Origin: an uncultured Spirochaetota bacterium | GTDB taxonomy: Bacteria; Spirochaetota; UBA4802; UBA5550 | Direction of reading: 5' to 3' | Assembly (NCBI GenBank): GCA_942493035.1 | Contig: OW818666.1 | Coordinates: 3,028,702 to 3,092,701, forward strand | DNA: 64,000 nucleotides | In this document: piece by piece, positions 17,996 to 27,560 of the stretch | Layout of the letters: every line of letters starts with the position of its first letter | How positions within the stretch are numbered: position 1 is the stretch's first letter | Notes under the pieces: model-generated | What the model was told of the DNA's origin: nothing | The model's database searches: none | The model's input: only the letters and a program-made list of their open reading frames with translations | Made by a program: the position numbers and the translations under genes

Positions 17996-19069
17996 ATGAG
18001 TAATTTAATGAACTATATAGTTAAAAACAAGGAAATTTTTATTGGTCTTGAAGATTCTAAAAAGACTTGGAAAGTATGTGTACGAAGCGGAAAAGTAACA
18101 ATTCATGAGGCGAGTATGCCAGCTGAATATGAAGTACTTAAAAACTATTTTAACAACAAATTTGCGGATTGCCTCATACATGTAATGTATGAGGCCGGAT
18201 TTAGGGGATTTGGATTACACGATCAGTTGAAATCTGACGGATATGATTGTATTGTTACGCCTCCACATACTGTAACTCAAGAGAAAACACAACGGCAGAA
18301 AAATGACCGTATAGACTGCCGGAGGCTGGCAAAGAATCTAGAAAGTGGCGATTACCATATCTGCCACGTTCCAGATCGAAAGCGCCGTGAAGACCGCCAG
18401 ATATCACGTTTATATGAGCAATTACAACGCGATATAACAAGGGAATGTAACAGGATCCGAAGGGCATTGGAGTTTCACGGCTTAGACAATCAGTTTCAGG
18501 GAGGCAGTTGGTATCGAACACATTATAAAAAAGCATACGAACGTATTCCCGAGATGGATATTTCTTTATCACTGAAATTTGACTTCAGTATTATGTTCAA
18601 TGAATTGTTTCATCTCTGGGAACTTCAGAAACAGGTGCTGAAAGAAATTCATATATTGGCAAAGTCAGAAGCATACAAAGAAGATGTTGACTTGCTAAAA
18701 AGCGCACCTGGTATCGGTATTCTGACAGCAATCAGACTTGTTCTGGAGTGGGGAAGTCTTGACAGGTTTCACAATAAAGCTGAATTCTCAAGTTTTCTGG
18801 GATTGATCCCAAGTGAATATTCATCAGGTGAAACGGAACGGAAAGGTCATATTACAAAACAGGGAAATAAATTAGTACGGTCATGGCTTGTTGAGTGCGC
18901 ATGGCGAGCATTGAAATATGATCCGGTACTACTGCAAATATTTAATAATGTTGTTAACAGTTCGGGAAGCAGAAAGAAAGCGATTGTTGCAGTTGCAAGA
19001 AAACTGGCTATTCGTTTACGGACTCTGTTAATTCATAGAACACCATATACGGTTGGTTTAGTTCATTGA
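17996..19069 (+). CDS. IS110-family transposase: DEDD RuvC-like N-terminal domain plus Transposase_20 C-terminal domain.
   Basis: 357 aa. N-terminus FIGLEDSKKTWKVCV. C-terminal SFLGLIPSEYSSGETERKGHITKQGNKLVRSWLVECAW motif typical of the IS110/IS116/IS902 family. Strong SD AAAGGAGGT 7 nt upstream. Confidence 0.9.
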   Translation: MSNLMNYIVKNKEIFIGLEDSKKTWKVCVRSGKVTIHEASMPAEYEVLKNYFNNKFADCLIHVMYEAGFRGFGLHDQLKSDGYDCIVTPPHTVTQEKTQRQKNDRIDCRRLAKNLESGDYHICHVPDRKRREDRQISRLYEQLQRDITRECNRIRRALEFHGLDNQFQGGSWYRTHYKKAYERIPEMDISLSLKFDFSIMFNELFHLWELQKQVLKEIHILAKSEAYKEDVDLLKSAPGIGILTAIRLVLEWGSLDRFHNKAEFSSFLGLIPSEYSSGETERKGHITKQGNKLVRSWLVECAWRALKYDPVLLQIFNNVVNSSGSRKKAIVAVARKLAIRLRTLLIHRTPYTVGLVH

Positions 19070-19340
19070 TGTTTAAGGATATTATAACAAACAAGGAGCT
19101 GTACATTACAATGCTTTATTTAACAATTTGGTGCATGATGTCCTATCCGCTGTCCCTTCTGAGGACGTCACAGGGTTTATCAGCACCATTAAAAGCTAAA
19201 GAATAAATAAACTGTACACAAGTACGAATAGCGGCATATAAAGCGTTTTAATTGCAGGCTGCCTGGTTATTAAAAAAAAGGAGCACGCTAAAAGAAAAAA
19301 ATTTAAAAAAAGGTAGCACTTAAATTTGACTTTCTCATAG
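19070..19340 (+). ncRNA. Candidate IS1111-type bridge (guide) RNA region in the 3' non-coding end of the IS.
   Basis: 270-bp non-coding tail. Contains GGTGC-ATGATGT-CCTATCCGC (19130-19150), where CCTATCCGC is the exact reverse complement of the target right-flank GCGGATAGG. Also contains AGGACGTC (19165-19172), identical to the target hairpin loop region at 17849-17856. Inference only. Confidence 0.35.
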
Positions 19341-19368
19341 CGGCGGATAGGGGCGGCGGATAAGGGCG

Positions 19369-20964
19369 TCACACATCAAACTCCAGCACAAACGTTGTCC
19401 CTTCGCCACGTTCAATCCTTATAACTCCACCTATCTGTTCAGTCAGCATATTAACAAGCTCCAGTCCAAAACCTCTTGTATTCTGAAGACTCACAGCCTC
19501 CGGAATTCCAACACCGTCATCCTGTACTTTAATAACAACATGATTATCAATCATTGACACAGACATAATTATCGTGCCGTGATCTCTCCCTGTAAATGCA
19601 TACTTCATCATATTTGTAAGCAGTTCATTAACTATAATTCCCAGAGGTGTGAGCTTATTTATATTCAGTATAAAATCTTCAATATCAGTTTTAATCTCAA
19701 TTTTTGCTCTATCAATAAAACTACCGGTAATCTCTTCTGTCAAAGGCTGAAGATAATCCTTAACCGAAAGTTCACGAAAATTTTCCGTGCAGTACAATCT
19801 GTCATAAAGCATTATCATACTCTGAACGCGGCTCTCGGCATCACGGAGCGAGGCTGCGGCTGTCGGATTATCCTCAGCTGAGAGCTGCAGAGTGAGGAGT
19901 CCCTTTATTGTATTCATATTGTTTTTTATACGATGATGAACTTCTTTAAGAAGAAGCTCTTTTTCAAGCAGAAGATTCTGTATTTTCTCATCAGAAAATT
20001 TTCTCTCTGTAATATCACGGCCTATTCCAAGCACTCCTATCAGATGCCCTGTATTATCATACATCGGGGTTTTAATTGTATCAAGCATGGCCCGGTGTCC
20101 GTCATCGGCGAAGGTAATCCACTCTTCGTTACTGGTAGGTTTTCCAGCCACCATTGCCCTGCGGTCATTTTCCCGGAAGAAGTCAGCAAGCTCTTTATCT
20201 ACAAAATCATAATCCGTTTTCCCGATTATATCTTTAACCGCTGCACCAAAAAATCGCTCGAACATTGTGTTACATGCAAGATAAACACCATCTTTATCCT
20301 TAAGCCAGATAAGGTCCGGAATAGCCAGCAGCAGAGTGAGCAGATGACTTTCACTTTTATGAAGGGCTGACTCGCTGCTTTCCAGAGCATACATAAATCT
20401 GTTCCGTGACAGATTATCAGATATTATTTTCCCGATGAGAAGAGTCGCCAGCGGATATAAAATCATTACCGGCAGTGCAATTTTTTTCACAACAGTAACA
20501 GCAATATTCTGCGGTAGTGTAAACATCAGCAGAATCATTGAGACATGGACTAGAATACCTATACCGAGTAGATTCAATGCTGAAACTTCTTTATTCCTCA
20601 TAGTCGTTCTAAAATAAAAAAATAATCCTATGATGGTTGAAGATACAATAACCAGAATCCCGGTAAAGGCCCCTGCTCCGCCCTGAAGAACTCTTAAAGA
20701 TACAGTCATCACAAAAGCAACAGATGCAGATACTGGTCCGAAAAATAAACCGCACAAGCTTATTACCACAGACCTCCCGTCAAAGATCAGACCCGGCCCC
20801 ATGTTCAGCGGACGGAGCATACCAATCACAGCAATCCCTCCGAATAAAATACCCTGAAGGACAGAACCGGTCCGGCGATCCTTCCACCGCTCCCCGATAA
20901 AACCGGATATAACACTAAGCGCCGCAAGAAGCGCAAGATTATATATAAGATCAATGATTATCAT
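19369..20964 (-). CDS. Membrane sensor kinase: 5TM LytS-type N-terminal domain, PAS, HisKA_2 and HATPase.
   Basis: Start moved to the ATG at 20964 (AAGGAG SD 7 nt upstream). The upstream in-frame ATG at 21021 lies inside the foldback element TIR. Hydrophobic N-terminal ~190 aa. H-box EVHHRIKNNMNTIKGLL. G-box DDGVGIP...GFGLELV. Confidence 0.8.
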   Translation of the reverse strand: MIIIDLIYNLALLAALSVISGFIGERWKDRRTGSVLQGILFGGIAVIGMLRPLNMGPGLIFDGRSVVISLCGLFFGPVSASVAFVMTVSLRVLQGGAGAFTGILVIVSSTIIGLFFYFRTTMRNKEVSALNLLGIGILVHVSMILLMFTLPQNIAVTVVKKIALPVMILYPLATLLIGKIISDNLSRNRFMYALESSESALHKSESHLLTLLLAIPDLIWLKDKDGVYLACNTMFERFFGAAVKDIIGKTDYDFVDKELADFFRENDRRAMVAGKPTSNEEWITFADDGHRAMLDTIKTPMYDNTGHLIGVLGIGRDITERKFSDEKIQNLLLEKELLLKEVHHRIKNNMNTIKGLLTLQLSAEDNPTAAASLRDAESRVQSMIMLYDRLYCTENFRELSVKDYLQPLTEEITGSFIDRAKIEIKTDIEDFILNINKLTPLGIIVNELLTNMMKYAFTGRDHGTIIMSVSMIDNHVVIKVQDDGVGIPEAVSLQNTRGFGLELVNMLTEQIGGVIRIERGEGTTFVLEFDV

Positions 20965-21002
20965 GAAAAACTCCTTGTACCAAAAAATTCTCTCTATCCT
21001 TT

Positions 21003-21106
21003 TGTCTGAATCAGGATTCATAGGATTTAAAGATTAAAGGATGCGGTAAAATAAAACCCTCTCTAAATCCTATAATCCCTTAATATGCTTAATCCTGATT
21101 CAGACA
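21003..21106. repeat. Foldback element copy with both TIRs: TGTCTGAATCAGGATTCATAGGATTT ... AATCCTGATTCAGACA.
   Basis: The arms are reverse-complementary and flank ATGCGGTAAAATAAAACCCTCTC. The right TIR provides the stop codon (GTCTGA) of the 21100-24774 kinase. The left TIR creates a spurious upstream ATG for the 19369 gene. Confidence 0.65.
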
Positions 21107-24100
21107 ATATCAAACTCCAGCACAAACTTTGTCCCCTCGCCACGCTCTACTCTTATATGACCGCCGATCTGCTCTGTAAGTATACTTACAAGCTGCATAC
21201 CGAAACCCGCCGGTTTATTCTGATCAAAAGATTCAGGGAGTCCTTTACCATTATCCTGAATAACAATAGAAACCTTCCTTCCTGTAAGATTTGCAGATAT
21301 TGTAATCTTACAGCTGCTTCTTCCGCTGAACGCGTACTTCATAGTATTAGTCAGCAGTTCGTTAATAATTATACCTAAAGGCTGAAGAATCTTTACATCC
21401 AGAATAAAATCATCAATCTGCTTCTCAATCTTAACGGACATTTTATCGGGAAAATTTGCCAGAATTTCATCAATCAAAACAGGAAGATAATCTGAAACGG
21501 ACATCTTTTCAAAATCGGGGGAACGGTACAGCTTGTCATAGAGCACCATCATACTGAGAACCCGCCCCTCGGCATCAAACAGTACTTTCTTAATCTCCGG
21601 ATTATCCTGATCCTCACCCTGAATCCGGAGAAGATTTGAAATAGTACCCATGTTGTTCTTAATCCGGTGATGAACCTCTTTCAAAAGGAGTTCTTTTTCA
21701 GAGAGCAGATTTAAAACCTCATCCTCGACCTGTTTTCTCTGGACGATCTTCCACACCGCATCCATCATAAGATTAAGCTGACGGATATCAGATTCACTAT
21801 AATCGGTCTCTTTATTGGCTACACCAACAACTGATACAATATGCTCGTTACTGAATACCGGAATAGTAAGATATTTTTTCAGCGGATTATGCCCTTCCGG
21901 TAATCCTTTTTTATAAATATTCGATGCTTCAAAATCGTTTACCATAATCGGCTGTCTCTGCCGTACGGCTTCACCCCAAAGACCGGTTTTTGACAGCATA
22001 TAAATTGTCTGCTTTTCAACAACAGCACACTGTTTCATAACATCTTTTGACCATGTATTAAGAGAGAACTCCTCTCGATCTTCATCATAGAAATAAATAT
22101 ATCCGATTTTACTTCCGGTAAGTTTAATTGCCTCAGCAAGTGTATAATCGAGCAGATTCTGAATATTATCAGTTGAATGCTGATTAATACTCAGCAGACT
22201 CTCAAGCCGGGCTTCGTCGAGTTTAATCACCTCCTCAGCCTTTATACGGTCAGTAAGGTCAAGACCGCATGAATAATTTTTATCGCCGAGTGTTATATAG
22301 CCCCATGAAATATTTTTCTTCGAGCCGTCTTTACAGTTAACCACAACCTCCATCGGTTCAATCGATGTCTGAGTCTCTATTGCATGTATAACTCTTTCAT
22401 TCCATTCCTCTGAAATCTTTCGGCGATACTCTTCATCGGGATACGCAAGAGGCCACCACTCGGCAACAGAGGGGATATCCTCCATTGTATATCCGAACAA
22501 TTCAACCATTGTGGGATTAACATATTGTGTAACCTGTTCTATTCCGGTTGTGAGATGTATTGCAAGCGGGAGTGTATCGATAATTGCCTTGAATTTCTTT
22601 TCGCTCTCCCGAAGCGCCAGTTCTTTTGTCTGCAGATCTTCAGCAGTGGCAATAAGTTCTTCATTTGCAGCATCGAGCTCTTCCATGGCAGCGGTAAGCT
22701 CTTCGTTCGCCGCCTCCATCTCCTCCAGAGCAGTTTTCAGCTGATCATTTTTTGTCTTAATCTCATCTTCGGCAATTTTACGTTCTGTGATATCCTGAAT
22801 TATACCAACCATTCTCGGGCCATGAAGTGTATCTATGATTTCACCTTTTGCATTAACATATATGACCGTTCCGTCACGATGGATGACGCGATGCTGGACA
22901 TCGTACGGTATCCCTTCTTTTAATGCTCTTTCAATAAACGGGAAGATCAGACCTCCATCTTCCGGATGAACAGAATCTGCAAATGCCTCGAACAACGGTT
23001 TATCAGGATCAATATCGAACATACGGAAAAGTTCATCCGAACCCTCTACATGATTAGTAACAGGATCAAGACTGAAATGCCCGATTTTTCCAATACTTTG
23101 TGCCTTCTTCAGATAAAATTCATTCTGCCTGAGATTCTCACTTGATAACTTACGGTCTGTGATATCTATCTCTATACCATCCCATACCAGCGTATTATCG
23201 GCAAGACGACGCGGCGCCGATGTAATATAAACCCATATTATTTCGCCGGAAGGTTTTCTAATACGGGCCTCTTCAACGAACTGTGTCATATTTAAAATAG
23301 CAGTCTCTTCACGCTCAGCCAGCATTTTCTGATCCTCTTCAACGAACTGGCTATACAGCGCCATGGGGTTCTTCATCACTTCTGACGCAGTAACACCATG
23401 AAGCCGTTCAATTCCGGAACTTAGATAAGTGAATATCCGATCTTTACCATCTTTACCGGTATTAACCTGATATACAAATCCGCCGGGGAGATTATCACTC
23501 AATATTGACAGCTGATTCTGTCTTTCGATAAGAGTCTCTTCTGCCGATTTACGATCAGTTATATCCTCACCGGAACTTAATATTCCTTCAAAACTTCCAT
23601 CGGAATTATATAGAATGGTGTTATGCCAGGCGATTAACCGTTCCTCACCTTTTAATGTTAAAAGTTTATTCTCATAAAACTCTACAGAACGGATCTCACC
23701 AGTCATAATCATTTTAAAAACGTTCTTTATCTCTTCAACCATAGCTCCCGGAATAAAAGTATCAAACCAGTTCAGTCCAAGGATTTCCTCTCTTGAACCA
23801 CCCAGAATTTCACACCCTTTCCGGTTGATCATCTTAATCACTCCATTACAATCAAGAGCCATCATCATAACACCGGCAACTTCGAGATATTTTGCAGCAC
23901 GGTCACGTTCGGAGTTTAATATATTTTCAATCCTTTTAATTTCAGTTAAATCTCTAAACTCAACTGTACGTACCATTTTACCCTTATATGGCACATTTCT
24001 GGCTTCTAAACGAATAGGATATTCCTCTCCATTTTTGCGGACTCCAATCGCTTCATAAGGTTTTTCATAACCGGCTTTGATCTTTTCCAGCACCAGATCG

Positions 24101-24774
24101 CGTGTCTTTTCGGAGATCAGAAGTAAACCATTCATGCCGACTAATTCTTCAACAGAGTATCCGGACATATCTGACAATCCCTGATTGCACTCAAGAATAA
24201 TCCCCATATCATGAATTGCTATTCCGCCGAAAGAAGCATTATGAAGCGCCTTGAAACGGGCCTCACTTTCCATAATCTCGTTCCCTGTTCTGACGAGCTC
24301 TTCATTCAAAGCTTCCAGTTCCTCGTTCGATGCCTCCATCTCTTCATAGAGAGCTTCCATCTCCATTTTCTGAGATTGTATATTGTCATGAGCATAAAAA
24401 AGTTTAAAGGCCATCTTAATAGATGCATCAAGAACTGTTATTCCTGAATTTTTAACAACATAACCGAACGATGTAATATTTTCTGTTTTCCTTACGACTG
24501 CAGGTTCCGTGTGGCTTGATAAAAAAACAAGAGGTACAGCTCTGTAATTCAGAATAATTTCTGCAGTCTCAGTACCATCAATACCTTCACCCAGATCTAT
24601 ATCCATAAGGACTAAATCGATAGAACTGTTATCCTTAAAAACTTCAATTGCCTTTTCTCCGGTAACCGCAGTGATGATATTATAACCGTATTTCTCAAGA
24701 GTCATTTTCTGAGCAACAGCAATAATTGCTTCGTCCTCAACGAGTAATATAGTTTTTCTTTTATCTTCACTCAT
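21100..24774 (-). CDS. Large hybrid kinase: receiver, two NEEL coiled coils, multiple PAS, GAF, HisKA_2 and HATPase.
   Basis: 1224 aa. N-terminus MSEDKRKTILLVEDEAII...LVLMDIDLGEGIDGTE. Heptads EEMEASNEELEALNEEL and LEEMEAANEELTAAMEELDAANEELIATAEDL. GAF-like region near DYTLAEAIKLTGSKIGYIYFYDED. H-box EVHHRIKNNMGTISNLL. Confidence 0.85.
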   Translation of the reverse strand: MSEDKRKTILLVEDEAIIAVAQKMTLEKYGYNIITAVTGEKAIEVFKDNSSIDLVLMDIDLGEGIDGTETAEIILNYRAVPLVFLSSHTEPAVVRKTENITSFGYVVKNSGITVLDASIKMAFKLFYAHDNIQSQKMEMEALYEEMEASNEELEALNEELVRTGNEIMESEARFKALHNASFGGIAIHDMGIILECNQGLSDMSGYSVEELVGMNGLLLISEKTRDLVLEKIKAGYEKPYEAIGVRKNGEEYPIRLEARNVPYKGKMVRTVEFRDLTEIKRIENILNSERDRAAKYLEVAGVMMMALDCNGVIKMINRKGCEILGGSREEILGLNWFDTFIPGAMVEEIKNVFKMIMTGEIRSVEFYENKLLTLKGEERLIAWHNTILYNSDGSFEGILSSGEDITDRKSAEETLIERQNQLSILSDNLPGGFVYQVNTGKDGKDRIFTYLSSGIERLHGVTASEVMKNPMALYSQFVEEDQKMLAEREETAILNMTQFVEEARIRKPSGEIIWVYITSAPRRLADNTLVWDGIEIDITDRKLSSENLRQNEFYLKKAQSIGKIGHFSLDPVTNHVEGSDELFRMFDIDPDKPLFEAFADSVHPEDGGLIFPFIERALKEGIPYDVQHRVIHRDGTVIYVNAKGEIIDTLHGPRMVGIIQDITERKIAEDEIKTKNDQLKTALEEMEAANEELTAAMEELDAANEELIATAEDLQTKELALRESEKKFKAIIDTLPLAIHLTTGIEQVTQYVNPTMVELFGYTMEDIPSVAEWWPLAYPDEEYRRKISEEWNERVIHAIETQTSIEPMEVVVNCKDGSKKNISWGYITLGDKNYSCGLDLTDRIKAEEVIKLDEARLESLLSINQHSTDNIQNLLDYTLAEAIKLTGSKIGYIYFYDEDREEFSLNTWSKDVMKQCAVVEKQTIYMLSKTGLWGEAVRQRQPIMVNDFEASNIYKKGLPEGHNPLKKYLTIPVFSNEHIVSVVGVANKETDYSESDIRQLNLMMDAVWKIVQRKQVEDEVLNLLSEKELLLKEVHHRIKNNMGTISNLLRIQGEDQDNPEIKKVLFDAEGRVLSMMVLYDKLYRSPDFEKMSVSDYLPVLIDEILANFPDKMSVKIEKQIDDFILDVKILQPLGIIINELLTNTMKYAFSGRSSCKITISANLTGRKVSIVIQDNGKGLPESFDQNKPAGFGMQLVSILTEQIGGHIRVERGEGTKFVLEFDIV

Positions 24775-24836
24775 ATAATGTTACTCCGGTAATTAGACTT
24801 TCTCTTTTACTTAAGATCTGCCTCGATTTTCTTACA

Positions 24837-24939
24837 GCCCCCACACCCCCGGAGGGGGCAAAGCGGAATACTTTAAAAAAACTAATCCCTACTACAATAC
24901 CCATTTATCCATCTTTGCCCCCTCCGGGGGTGCGGGGGC
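24837..24939. repeat. IR-flanked element. 27-bp arms GCCCCCACACCCCCGGAGGGGGCAAAG / CTTTGCCCCCTCCGGGGGTGCGGGGGC (1 mismatch) around a 49-bp AT-rich spacer.
   Basis: Read directly. Same GC-rich IR-arm type and ~50-bp AT-rich-spacer layout as 14621-14738, but with an unrelated spacer sequence. Lies between two kinase genes (stop at 24971, start at 24774). Confidence 0.55.
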
Positions 24940-24970
24940 GTCAAGTGTAAGCGCTGGTTAAGATAACACT

Positions 24971-27364
24971 CTACACTTCAAACTCCAGCACAAACCTTGT
25001 CCCCTCTCGACGCTCAATCCTTATTCTTCCGCCGATCTGCTCCGCGAGCATATTCACAAGTTCAAGTCCAAAACCGGTTGAGTTTTTGAAATCAATTGTT
25101 TCCGGCATCCCGACTCCGTTATCCTGAACATAAACTACTGCAAGATTCCCTTTTACAGATGCTGATACTTTTATCACTCCGCTATCTCTCTCTGTAAACG
25201 CATACTTCATCATATTAGTAAGGAGTTCATTGACGATTATTCCAAGCGGCGAGAGCGTTTTAACATTCAATATAAAATCTTCAATATCTGTTTCAATCTT
25301 CACTTTCGAGGAATTCGGGAAACTCCCTACAATCTCCTCTGTCAGCGGCTGGAGATACTCTTTAACCGAGAGCTCGCGGAAATTTTCAGTACTGTAAAGT
25401 CTGTCATATAACATTATCATACTCTGAACACGACTCTCGGCGTCACGGAGAGATGCAGCTGCTGAGGGATTCTCCTCGGCAAGAAGCTGCAGTGTCAGTA
25501 AACCTTTTATCGTATTCATGTTGTTCTTTATACGATGGTGAACTTCATTCAGAAGGAGTTCTTTACTAACCAGAAGGGATTTTATTTTTTCTTCCGATTG
25601 TTTGCGTTCAGTAATATCTCGCGCAGTTACTACAAAACGATTTGCCCCCCCTATTACAGCAAAACGCATATTTATCTCAGTACTGAATAATTCTCCGTTT
25701 TTACGCTTTGCAAGCCACTCAAAAGTCTGCGGACCCGATTCTCTCGCTTTCCTTAGCCATCCCATCGCTTCACTCTGAGAAAAAGGCGGCTCACCCTGAC
25801 TGAGGTCACCAACCGGAGTGCGTAGAGCTTCAGAGTGAGTATATCCGTACAACTCACACATGCTCCGGTTAACATCAATTATTTCGCCTGTATCGGCATC
25901 ATCAACAAATACTGCATCACTAAGCGAATCCAACACCGCGTTCAGGTATTCCTCACTTTTACGTAATGCGTCCTCAGTTCTTTTAAGACTTGTAATATCT
26001 ATAAATGTACATACGACCTGCCTTACTGTTCCATCATCATTTAATTGAGGTTCGGCATCTACCAGCAGCCAGACCCTGTCGCCTGAAGCAGGACGATAAA
26101 CACCCATAATAACATCATGTACCGCATGCCGGGCAGCAATTGCCTCAGGAACAGGATGAGTGTTGCCCGGAAATGGAGATCCATCATCATGTATAACATT
26201 CCAGTCAGGATCAAAAGATGTTTTACCAAGCAGCTGATCTTCAGTAAGACCCAGAAGTTCAAGCGCCTTGGGATTGCTCATCAATATTTCAGCTTTCGGG
26301 CTTTGAAGAAGTACTCCAACCTGCATATCACTGACCAGATTCCGGAATCTCTCTTCACTGTCGCGGAGAGTGTCACTGGTGGATATAAGCTCCTCATTAG
26401 CAGCCTCCATCTCTTCCAGTGCTGAACTCAGTTCCTCATTGACCGCTTCCAGTTCTTCATTCTTCAGTTTAATCTCAGACTCACTTTGAATAATTTTAAA
26501 AGTGGCTCTCCTCACCTGGAGCTTTAATAAAACAATAAAAAACAGAGCAGATACACCCAATCCGGTAATTATCCATAAATGCATTCTTTTCTGTGCGGCA
26601 TAATAATCCGGAGAATGAGTTGAAAAGTTTTTTATATAGATAATCTCATACTCACCCGAGGCCTTAATCTCTTTCAGACGTTTATTAATGAACTCCACCA
26701 GCTCCGGCCTGTTTTTAGATATTCCATATGAAGCGCCCTGAGGGAACAAACCATCATGCTGCAGTACCACCTGACCGACCAGATTATTTTTTGATATATA
26801 ATACTTAACTACCTCTGTAATCTCAATGAAGGCATCAATACGGTTTTCCTTCAACGCCATTATCATCTGTAAAAAAGTTTCAAAAACTTCATAATTTGGT
26901 GACTTGAACTGATCGCGTACAATGACTTCACTGTAGTATCCCCTCACTGCTCCCAATCTATATTTCCCCGCATTTTTAATGTCCATCTTACCGGCATTCA
27001 CATTCGTGAAAACTCCGTAATACCGGATATATGCATCGTCAGTGAAATAAACCTGATTCTCTCTTTCCGGAGTTTTAACAAGCGGACCGCAAAAATCCAG
27101 CCGGTTATTTATTGTATGTTCATAGATTTCATTCCATGTGTGACCATATTTAAATTCCAGTTTATAGTCACCTTTTTCGAATATCAGTTTAATCAGATCC
27201 AGCTCATACCCCTGGGGTGTATTGTTTTCAATAAATGAAAACGGAGGATAGTCCGTATCAACACCAAAAGTTACAACACTTTCTGATGCATTTAATGTTG
27301 TGCTGAAGAACATCAAACACAATAAGATAAAAAACATCGCACACCGGATCTTAATACTGTTCAT
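24971..27364 (-). CDS. Sensor histidine kinase: signal peptide, periplasmic SBP_bac_3-like domain, TM, NEEL coiled coil, 2x PAS, HisKA_2 and HATPase.
   Basis: Start placed at ATG 27364 (MNSIKIRCAMFFILLCLMFFSTTLNAS signal peptide). The longer ORF reaches 27418. Periplasmic domain includes KTPERENQVYFTDD. TM helix LWIITGLGVSALFFIVLL. Heptads NEELEAVNEELSSALEEMEAANEELISTSD. H-box EVHHRIKNNMNTIKGLL. Confidence 0.8.
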   Translation of the reverse strand: MNSIKIRCAMFFILLCLMFFSTTLNASESVVTFGVDTDYPPFSFIENNTPQGYELDLIKLIFEKGDYKLEFKYGHTWNEIYEHTINNRLDFCGPLVKTPERENQVYFTDDAYIRYYGVFTNVNAGKMDIKNAGKYRLGAVRGYYSEVIVRDQFKSPNYEVFETFLQMIMALKENRIDAFIEITEVVKYYISKNNLVGQVVLQHDGLFPQGASYGISKNRPELVEFINKRLKEIKASGEYEIIYIKNFSTHSPDYYAAQKRMHLWIITGLGVSALFFIVLLKLQVRRATFKIIQSESEIKLKNEELEAVNEELSSALEEMEAANEELISTSDTLRDSEERFRNLVSDMQVGVLLQSPKAEILMSNPKALELLGLTEDQLLGKTSFDPDWNVIHDDGSPFPGNTHPVPEAIAARHAVHDVIMGVYRPASGDRVWLLVDAEPQLNDDGTVRQVVCTFIDITSLKRTEDALRKSEEYLNAVLDSLSDAVFVDDADTGEIIDVNRSMCELYGYTHSEALRTPVGDLSQGEPPFSQSEAMGWLRKARESGPQTFEWLAKRKNGELFSTEINMRFAVIGGANRFVVTARDITERKQSEEKIKSLLVSKELLLNEVHHRIKNNMNTIKGLLTLQLLAEENPSAAASLRDAESRVQSMIMLYDRLYSTENFRELSVKEYLQPLTEEIVGSFPNSSKVKIETDIEDFILNVKTLSPLGIIVNELLTNMMKYAFTERDSGVIKVSASVKGNLAVVYVQDNGVGMPETIDFKNSTGFGLELVNMLAEQIGGRIRIERREGTRFVLEFEV

Positions 27365-27520
27365 AATGACGTGCTCCCGTATAACTAAACATATAGACCT
27401 CACCCGCTTGCTGCGCACCCTCTCCTCAATGAGAGGTTTTCCGTATTCTAAACTTTCCGCTGCATTAACAAAATAAACCTGTAAAAAATATTTCTTCCAA
27501 ACACAACAGCCCTGTTACAA

Positions 27521-27560
27521 CCTCCCCCTCTCTTTGAGGAGAGGGGGCCGGGGAGAGAGG
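27521..27560. repeat. GC-rich hairpin module CCTCCCCCTCTC-tttgag-GAGAGGGGGCCGGGGAGAGAGG downstream of a kinase stop. Candidate terminator.
   Basis: 8-bp stem CCCCTCTC/GAGAGGGG. Same family as 4576-4621 and 8041-8075. Confidence 0.45.

Larger units (their letters stand above)
17884..19340 (+). mobile_element. IS110/IS1111-family insertion sequence (~1.46 kb) inserted into a REP-like repeat. Boundaries are approximate (+/-5 bp).
   Basis: Interrupted target: ...AAAGGTGCCCG | IS | CGGCGGATAGGGGCGG versus the intact AAAGGTGCCCGGCGGGCGGATAGGGGCG at 31903-31930. Subterminal inverted repeats GGCTACCTT (17958-17966) and AAGGTAGCAC (19304-19313). Long 3' non-coding end of 270 bp. Confidence 0.65.

Noticed and set aside
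20964-21021. Upstream ATG at 21021 for the 5TM kinase.
   Set aside because: That ATG and the following 6 codons are inside the foldback element TIR. The ATG at 20964 has a strong AAGGAG Shine-Dalgarno sequence.
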